Shown here piece after piece: positions 53,801-62,800 of a stretch of DNA of 64,000 bases (position 1 is its first letter; every line of letters starts with the position of its first letter). The stretch covers positions 30,504,001 through 30,568,000 of the forward strand of contig OZ116707.1 of assembly GCA_964199315.1 (NCBI GenBank). The letters run 5' to 3'. Made by a program: the position numbers and the translations under genes. The notes below the pieces were generated by a model. The model had not been told where the DNA came from. It did not search any database and saw nothing but the letters and a program-made list of their open reading frames with translations. Source of the DNA: Orbicella franksi (taxonomy: Eukaryota).

Positions 53801-56800
53801 TGCGTCAGTTGCTGGGTCAACGAAAACGATGGCCATGACCAAATGGATTGGATTATCGGACGCGGAGAAACTGCCAGTCTGGGTACTGGTCCCTCCTACG
53901 ATCACACCAATAAGAGCATATATGGACGATACCTGTACATTGATGCATCCAGCATTACCAGGCCCGGATGGAATCACGCTGATTTGGAGAGCAGGCTGCT
54001 TGTCGTGCAACGACGGTGTTACATGTCTTTCTGGTACCATATGTATGGCTCTGGGGTGGGTTCCCTGTGGATTGTGGCCTATGTGTATAATGATCCCAAA
54101 AATCTGGTTGGTAAGTTTCACTAGCACAAAATTTTTAAAGAAAACCGCATATGTCAAATAACTCTGTAGATGGATCGACTGAGGTTCCGACCTGACAGTA
54201 TGGAATTCCTTTTTTCTCTAGATCATAAACAAGTCAATCTATGGTACATGGGAGGTAACCGCGGTAATAAATGGCAGCCTGGAATGGTGAGCTTATTCAA
54301 TCCAGAAACAGCAAACAAGACATCCAAAATAGTGATCAGTGGAATTAGAGGAACGGACTTCAGTGGAGATATAGCAATTGACGACATCCAATTCCACAAT
54401 TGTGACTTTAAGGATGCTTTAACACCGTGCACAGAGAGGTTTCCCAAGTGTAATGATCAACCTTTCACCCGGCCAACACTGGGTACGTCTATAAATATGA
54501 TTTCACCCTGTTAGGATGTGTGCTGGTGAGACTGTCCAGTTATTTTGTGGAGATTTGTCAGTAGGTAAACTACCTCTTTCAACAAGAGCAAATCAGTGGA
54601 TCCCATATTAAACGAGCACGCCTTAAGGCAGCCAGAATTTTGTTCCTGAAATGTTCTTCCGCATAAGACTGCAAATAAGCGCCTAATGTCATGAAGAGGC
54701 CCCTTCTATTACGCTTCTGCTGGTACCTTTTAGCCATCCATGAGGACACTTCCACTTAATATTTCCTCTATTAAGCTGCCACCGGGAAGTTAGTGTACAT
54801 AGTGCGGCCTTGTTTCAAAAATCAAATAACCGATAGGTAGGAGAATCCAAATTAGAAGGCGAGTATTGATAAAGATGTTTTAACACACGTTCATCCTAAA
54901 GTGATACTGTTTTCACTAACCAAAGATAACTAGTGAAATCCTTATTTTCTGGCAGTAAATTGACGTGCCTAGCTTTCCTTTTGCTGATTTATTACATTAT
55001 AAGCGAGTACTAATCATTTTCCATGTACTAACCATGTCCAAAATTTGCATTTTTGAAACTGAAAAAGTAATCGTGCTCTCAATACAGGTCCATTGACTGG
55101 TAACTGCAATTTTGAACAAGGCAGCTGTCACTGGAATAACACAGCCGTAAGTGATATGCCGTGGTATCTAAGAGAGGGAGCAACAGGAAGTGCAAACACT
55201 GGTCCTGACATAGATCACACCACAGGCACCTCAAGCGGTAGGATGCACATTGTTATCGTTATCTAGCAATTGAATCTCTAAGACATGTTTTAAATGGAAA
55301 ACGAGAATGAGTAGTCAAATTGTTGTGTGGAACATCTCTTACGACTACTCGTTGGAATATGAACACGGCTATTTTCTACTTACAGCAGATGTTACGTTGT
55401 GTTACATTTAATTTTGTTTTTTTGTTATTTTTTGTGGGTTAGGATACTACATGCATATTGAAGCCAGTTACTACGTCAAAGGTTCCCTGGCTATCCTGGA
55501 GGGTCCTTACATGATGCCGACCAAAAATTGTAAAATGACATTCTACTACCACATGTTTGGTGGTGACTGCGGCTCACTGCTTGTCTACATCAACAGTGGT
55601 GATGACGTTCGGCTGGTATTCAATCGGACGGGTCCTCAGGGGAAAAACTGGTTGAAAGGAGACGTACAATTAACGAGCGACTATGCCTTCCGAGTTCACA
55701 TCACTGCTTCGCGAGGAAATAGTTACAAAGGCGACATAGCAATTGATGACATTTCATTTCAGGTAACACCACGCCAGAGGTCAGGGCCGGGTTGTTCAAA
55801 GCCCGATTACGTTAACCCAGGATTAGCCAGAATTTTGATTTCAGTTTTGTAACTTTTTGGTGAGGTGTTCTGTTTACATTGTTTGCCCTTCAGTTTTGAG
55901 CGGTAGTAATCTCAAACTACACCAAATATAAGAGGTGAAAAACATTTTTAAACGAGAAAAAAATAATACTTCAGTTAACGTTTAATCCTGGGTTAACGTA
56001 AACCGACTTTCGAACAAGCCGACCCCTGGGCCCGTTTCTCGAAGGTCCTGAAGAGTTTTCGAGCCCGGAAAGTCGTAGCAAAATCTCAAGCCTTATGATT
56101 ACAGAGCTGTTTTATTTGCATATTCGTAACATGAACAGAGCTTTTCTTCATACAAGGAGTTTCAGGCGTATACACTTCTCTGTTTTTAGATACAGATTAT
56201 CTAAAAATGGCTTTGCGGGCCCGAAAAGTTTCCGGGGCTTTCGAGAAACGGGACCCTGGTCTATAGGCTAATGATTCAGCTATTTTGTGTTTTGCATCAT
56301 CACTTTTGTCAAGATCATTTCAATTTCATTCTGCTCAGATGATTTGGCTCGATGTCCGTTGAATACTGTGATTAGTTGATACACTGTGGCAAGTACAATC
56401 AACACCTTGTTTTAAACTATCTTGTAGGGTCAATGCTTATTCACAGATGACAATGCGTTGAGGTATGGCGACAAAGCTTTAAATACAGGCTGCTCGGATG
56501 GTGCACGAGAAGGTTTCTTCACTCACCCTACTGTAGCAGGCTGTAAGGGCTGGTGGCAAGGTCGCAAGAACCTTAGAGCCCAACCCTCCTCTGCTGGAGC
56601 CAAATGCGGAGATGACGTCGGAAACTTGGGTCGTTCCTGCAGTCAGCCAGCTGACTTGTGCCAGACAGGGTGGCATGTCTGTGGAACGTTTGGAGACGTT
56701 TTTGAAATTACCAACCGAGTAATTGTTTTGTTGCATTTATTTATAAGTTATAAGACATTACCCATCCTGAATCGAACGCCACAATGCTACTGATTTATTA

Positions 56801-59800
56801 AACTCACACTACTTCATTAGTAGTACTGAGTACGTTTTATCAATCTATAGCTATTTTCTGTGCCAAGTTTAAACTAATTCAGTTTCCAGTCATGCTGTTA
56901 TGCCTTACAGACATTTTCTTGTGCGGTTTTAATAAGTCTGTTAACTATGCTTTCCTGTTTCTTCTGGCGTGTACTTTTCTATTTATCCTCAGCTTTGTAT
57001 TAACATTTAATGATTCTCTGATAAATTAGATCAGATTAATAATACCGACGGCAAGTAAGTTCAGACGTGCAGTTGCGGGAAACTCAGGCAACTTCGATGT
57101 TACTATTCATTTAGTGATATGGCGTGGGATAAATTGGAGTGCTTTCAGTCAATCAATCAAATGATATTACTTACAGTGGCGTTATAGTATACAAAAGTTA
57201 AATGACGCAAATGTTCATTTATTAATTTTTGATTTTTAAGAATCCGCTATGAAAATTATACTCAAAAATTATTGATGTCTGTGCTAAAAAGACAATTTTG
57301 CTTCTTTTTTAACTGGATAAAGCTCGTAAAATTAATGTTATTATTGTTGTTCAGACAAATGGAATCGACTGCCAAAGGGCTGGCTATGGCCATTTCAGTG
57401 CCGGTATCAACCACTGTAAGACCAACAGTGGGGGAGGTGATGGCTGCAAACGAGTGGTGCCTAGAGTTGATTATGGGTGTGGCCAATACCACGAAAGTTG
57501 CTCAGAACCCCTGTGTTGTGGCGCTACTTGCCAAGGTCCAGACTCCTGTGATTCAGGTAACGCGAAATAATGCAACAATTGTGTCATGTTAGGTCTGTTG
57601 TAGATTACGCATTGCACTTAAATATTTCACGAGTCCCATTCTTGAGTACTCGTGAATATCACAGATGTTCATCGCACATTGCGTAAAGTAAAATAATCTA
57701 ATTAATCACTTTGTTCAAGTGTGGAAGTGTTTAACACTACTTTAGTACATTAATTGGCGGACAAGCAAACAAATATTGTAAATTGAACAGAAACTTGTTA
57801 AAANNNNNNNNNNNNNNNNNNNNNNNNNNNNNNNNNNNNNNNNNNNNNNNNNNNNNNNNNNNNNNNNNNNNNNNNNNNNNNNNNNNNNNNNNNNNNNNNN
57901 NNNNNNNNNNNNNNNNNNNNNNNNNNNNNNNNNNNNNNNNNNNNNNNNNNNNNNNNNNNNNNNNNNNNNNNNNNNNNNNNNNNNNNNNNNNNNNNNNNNN
58001 NNNNNNNNNNNNNNNNNNNNNNNNNNNNNNNNNNNNNNNNNNNNNNNNNNNNNNNNNNNNNNNNNNNNNNNNNNNNNNNNNNNNNNNNNNNNNNNNNNNN
58101 NNNNNNNNNNNNNNNNNNNNNNNNNNNNNNNNNNNNNNNNNNNNNNNNNNNNNNNNNNNNNNNNNNNNNNNNNNNNAATTTCAGAGTAGCTTGACCAGCT
58201 AATATTTCCGAGCAACAAAATATTTGACAACGAAAAATTAAAATAGAAATTGTTATTTACATGTTTACAATTGACTTATGTTAACTAATTATAAAATTGT
58301 CATTTACATGTTTGATGAATTGGTTTTACTGATGTGCTTTTTGAAGTCTGAGAAGTTACATAACCTTATGAAATTGGGTAGAGAATTCCATTTTTTTGTT
58401 GCCAGATAAGTAAAGGAGTGGAGACCAAAAGTTGTAGTTTTAGGTTTGGGCATTTCCAGTATATAGTTTCCACGCATGTTGTATGAAGTAGAACGGAACG
58501 AGAACATGTTTCTCATATAGGCCGGATAGCTAGTGAAAAATAGACTTTTGTACAAGGTAGTAAGGAATTTACAGATGCGTTGATCATGAAGTTGGAGACA
58601 GTTTACCCTGTCTAGCAGCACATTATAAGGCGATTCAAAATCGCTTAGAATGAATCTCAGAATCCTTTTGTTAAGAGCTTCTATTTTGTCCCTGTTGTTT
58701 GCACTGCAAAAGTGCCAAACTGTTGAGCAATAATCAAAATGAGGGAGTATGTAGGCCTTATACAGTTTCACTAAAATGTCTTTGGAAATAAGGTTTCTGA
58801 ACCTAAGCATTACATTAAACTGGTTGTTGACTTTTTTGCAAATAAGAGAGATGTAATTGTGAAAATTTAAATTGTTATCAATGTTCATTCCCAAAATGTC
58901 AATTGAGTCCTTTGTAGGAAACGAGAAGGTGTGTTCCGATTTTCCCAGGATCAAAGCCTGATGTTTGCTTTCATTGGCCAACATTCCATTTTGCCGGTAC
59001 CACCGGTTTGCTGTCTCGACTGCGTTACGCATGCGCCCATCTAGCGCAACAGGATCACTGTCCGATGAATATATTTGGTGATCGTCTGCATAAGCATTTA
59101 ACTTAACATCCCCGCAAAACAAGAAAATGTCATTTATGAAAATATTGAAAAACATGGGACCGAGGACGCTTCCCTGAGGCACGCCTCGTCTTGCATGTAG
59201 CCACTCTGAAAAAGTATCCCCTATCTTGACCCTCTGATTCCTTGAGGAAAGGTAGTCCTTAATCAGGGCACAACTTGCCTGGTCCAATCCGTAGGCTTTG
59301 AGCTTCGCAAGAAGAAGAGAGTGTTGGATTACATCAAACGCCTTTGACAAGTCCATAGATACAACTGCCACAGTGTCCCCTTGATCTCTCATCCTTCTCC
59401 ATTCCTCCGTCATGCATAGCAGGGAAGTTTCACAGCTGTGAAATTTCCTATAAGAGCTGATATAGTCCGATAGAATCAAGCTATGGAAATCACCAAGTTG
59501 CGGTGCCAGGAGTCTTTCAAATATATTATTTAGCGCAGGAAGTACAGTAACCGGCCTGTAATTTGCTGACCAGTTGGCTATTTACTCCGGATCACAAATC
59601 CAGCGCCCTTAACCACTAGGCCACGCTGCCTCCCCGTGTATTCAAGTGTCCAAGACGTGTGCCTTGAATACTCTCGGATTCTACTCAGCTCGTTTAGTTC
59701 TTACTATTTTGAGTAGTTTTTTTGCTTATTTAAGTTTAATTTGTTTTTTGCTATGTGATATTCTATGTATTAAGCAAAATAAAATGGTTGTTGTTGTTGA

Positions 59801-62800
59801 TTCTATGGCATCACCGTTGCATATTCGAGGCTAGAATAATCTAGGAAATTTTGTGTTTGGCGCAGTGATTGACATTACAGTGTTTTTTTGCCAATTAATC
59901 GCTGTGTCCTTCCCAGGTGTGTTCAAGGGAATGACTCGCTACACTGCTGCTGCTGGCAGTCTGGAAGGTTGTTCATTCATGTCAGCTGGTAATGCCGGTG
60001 GGATCATGTGCTGCAAAGATGACAGTACTACCCCCACCTTCCCACCAACATCTGTACCTACTGGCGGGGCGTGTGACTTTGAAGGAGGCATGTGCAATTG
60101 GATTGTTAACCAGTTAGCACCGGGAAAGTTTACTCGTCGCAGAGGAGAGACGCCGAGCCGAAACACTGGTCCACGTTACGACAACACCAAACAAGATTCA
60201 ACAGGTAAACTGCTGACACATTCATTCATTCGTTTAGTTCTGAGGGGACGGGGAAAGGGGGGATACCAGACTGAAAGGGGAGTCGAGATGGGGGTTAAAA
60301 GGGCGCTTTTTTCGATATGGAAGTATTTCCTACTGCAATCACACCTGCTGTCGTCATTTTAATGACATTTTCTGATCATTCCCAACTGCTTGAATGGAAT
60401 TTCTCACAGTAGCACAAATCGTATGGCTACTTAAGTCTTTCTCACCCAACTATTCATAGTCAAAGAGAACATTTACTTGATTTTTACCAATTGCTTATCT
60501 TTCTGTTTGTTTCCTTTAGGGTATTACCTGTATATGGATGCAACAAATTTAAATCCCAAAGACACAGCGGAAGTGTCATATCACTTTTCGGACGTGTCAC
60601 AGTCGTACTGTCAGATCAACTTCTTCTATTTTATGTATGGCGCTGGTCTGGGTGTTTTACGTTTGATAGTAAAGCCAAAAGGTGGACAAAGCGAAGAGGT
60701 ATTGTATAGTTGTTTTATTTACATACATGTAGGTTCAGTTGAGTGTGTTACTATAGTTCTGTCTTGTCCAAGACGGACTGTGGAGTGTGGAGTGTTGTAA
60801 ATTACTACAAGATTGAAGTTTCTTGCTAAACCGGGACAGCCATCACGGGTGATGCCTCTCACTAACTATGGGGCTCTCCTTGGTTTCCCTTACCATCCAT
60901 TGCCATTTCAGTGACCCTCCTTCTCTTTCGTTAGGTTTGGAAGGTTGCTGGAAATCAGGGTGATGGCTGGATTAGGGGTGTGCACAACTTCAGCGATCTT
61001 ATCAAGAACAAGACGTCTTTTACAGTCACCTTTGAGGCAGAACGTGGCCCGACCGATGAGAGCGATATTGCCATCGACGACATCACATTTACACCATGTA
61101 CCCATGGTAAGTCTAATCCATACTTCTCTGGGAATACGAAAACGTATTTTGAAAGCTGGAAAGGTTCGCCAGTCATTGTAGAAATTATAGAGTGAGATCA
61201 AATGAAAGGGCAATTTAAAAGTGCTTTCCATTTTAATTTCTTAGTGAACACAGGTCAGTGTAGGCGAGACCAGTTCCGATGCAGAAGTGGTGAATGCATC
61301 AAATCAAGCTTCGTTTGTGACCGTTTCCCAGATTGTTTAGATCATTCAGATGAAGGAGCAAACGCCAACTGCCGTAAGTATTCTATTCCTTAAAATGCTG
61401 TGTACTTTGTGGTGTGCAGTTCATAGCATGAGCAGGTCACTGAAAAACATGATGTGATTGGCATTAAACGTTACACGTGATTTGTTATCACTCATTTCAA
61501 ATTTGTCAAACCTTAGCATAAACTTTTGCTCCCGAGGTACAGCACAGTTGGTCTCCTTTTGAATTAAATATTTTCGATAAATAAGCACAAAGGAAGCTAC
61601 ACACTTATTTTTTGTCTGTGGAACTCCCGGGTTTACTGAAGGGCGTGAAGTTCGCGTAACTGTTCTGCCAAACTTCAATTTGTTGGCAAATCATGCAACG
61701 ACCGCAGCATTGTACAGAAGTCCAAGTATTTTTTACAGTTGATGTTCTTGCCTAATACTTTATTTATTTGAATTCGCAGCGAACCGAGATTGTGGTAATC
61801 TCCAGATATACTGTCCAAAGAATGATAAATGTCTGAACAAGTCTTTGCAGTGCGATGGCAGGAAAGACTGTGATGACTGGAGCGATGAGGCACATTGTGG
61901 TAAGCGGAATGCATGTGACACCCTTCACACAGCTCTACCTTTTACGCACTTTTCATCAACAGTGACAAATTTTCAGTTTTCCTCAGAAATTATTCAGTTG
62001 TGAATATATATGTGTAAATCATTGTAATAGACAGGATCGCTTAGGGCCACGAGAAAAACCTTTCGTATTTTTCATTTGATAAGACCATTTTCGAGTTGCC
62101 TTTTGCCTCCGTGCCAAGACGAGTCTTCGAACGAAAATATTCAAACAATTTCATTTTCATGCAAATCAAACTCATTTTCATATGAAACATTTTACACGAG
62201 GACTCGTTTTGAAACAGAGGCAAGGGGTAGTGCGGAAATGTGGTGTGATAGCCGGCAGGAATCAACTACTCACACACTGAGGAGAAATGTTACATGTAGA
62301 TCTATGTTTGTCAGAACGTGGTGGACACATGATGTTTAAAGAGAGCAAGGATTCAAGAACTGACATTATAACATAACTAAAGCAAAGCGCGCGCTCTGAT
62401 TGGTTAATTTAGCGTCTACTATTTGCCCATGGGTGTACGCTGCTGACGTGTGTGCTAATGTTTACAAAGCAAATCTTTTGACAGACATTGTTTCCAAAGT
62501 AATGGCCGACGTCCTTCTGCCAGAAATGCGAAATTGTCTTCATAGTTGTCTGGAGATGAAACTTTATCGAGTTACTGGTGTGCAGTCGGTTGTCATGAAT
62601 GAATTTTCGCGCGGTTGTTTTCTCTTGTCATGCAAGACTACACGAACATTTTTTTGTGATGTAGCTCAATGAAAGGACTTCTATAGTTCCAATGTCTCAA
62701 TGTTATGTTATAAAACAAATGGTAAACGCCATAGCGTGCACTATTGAGTTATGGATGCACGCGGGAGGTTGCTAAGCACGAAAGAAGCTCTAGCTTCTTG

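Noticed and set aside
57030-57060. Possible micro-exon (AG-ATCAGATTAATAATACCGACGGCAA-GTAAGT) inside the novel-domain intron
   Set aside because: With the GT donor it gives 20 or 25 nt, which breaks the phase 0-0 junction. Only a 21-nt GC-donor version fits, and exons 85 and 86 already join cleanly. It needs RNA evidence.
2122-58176. Missing exons hidden in the three N gaps
   Set aside because: Protein motifs and phases continue directly across each gap (ADFS/VIFEG, LRRRG/ATAS, CDSG/VFKG).
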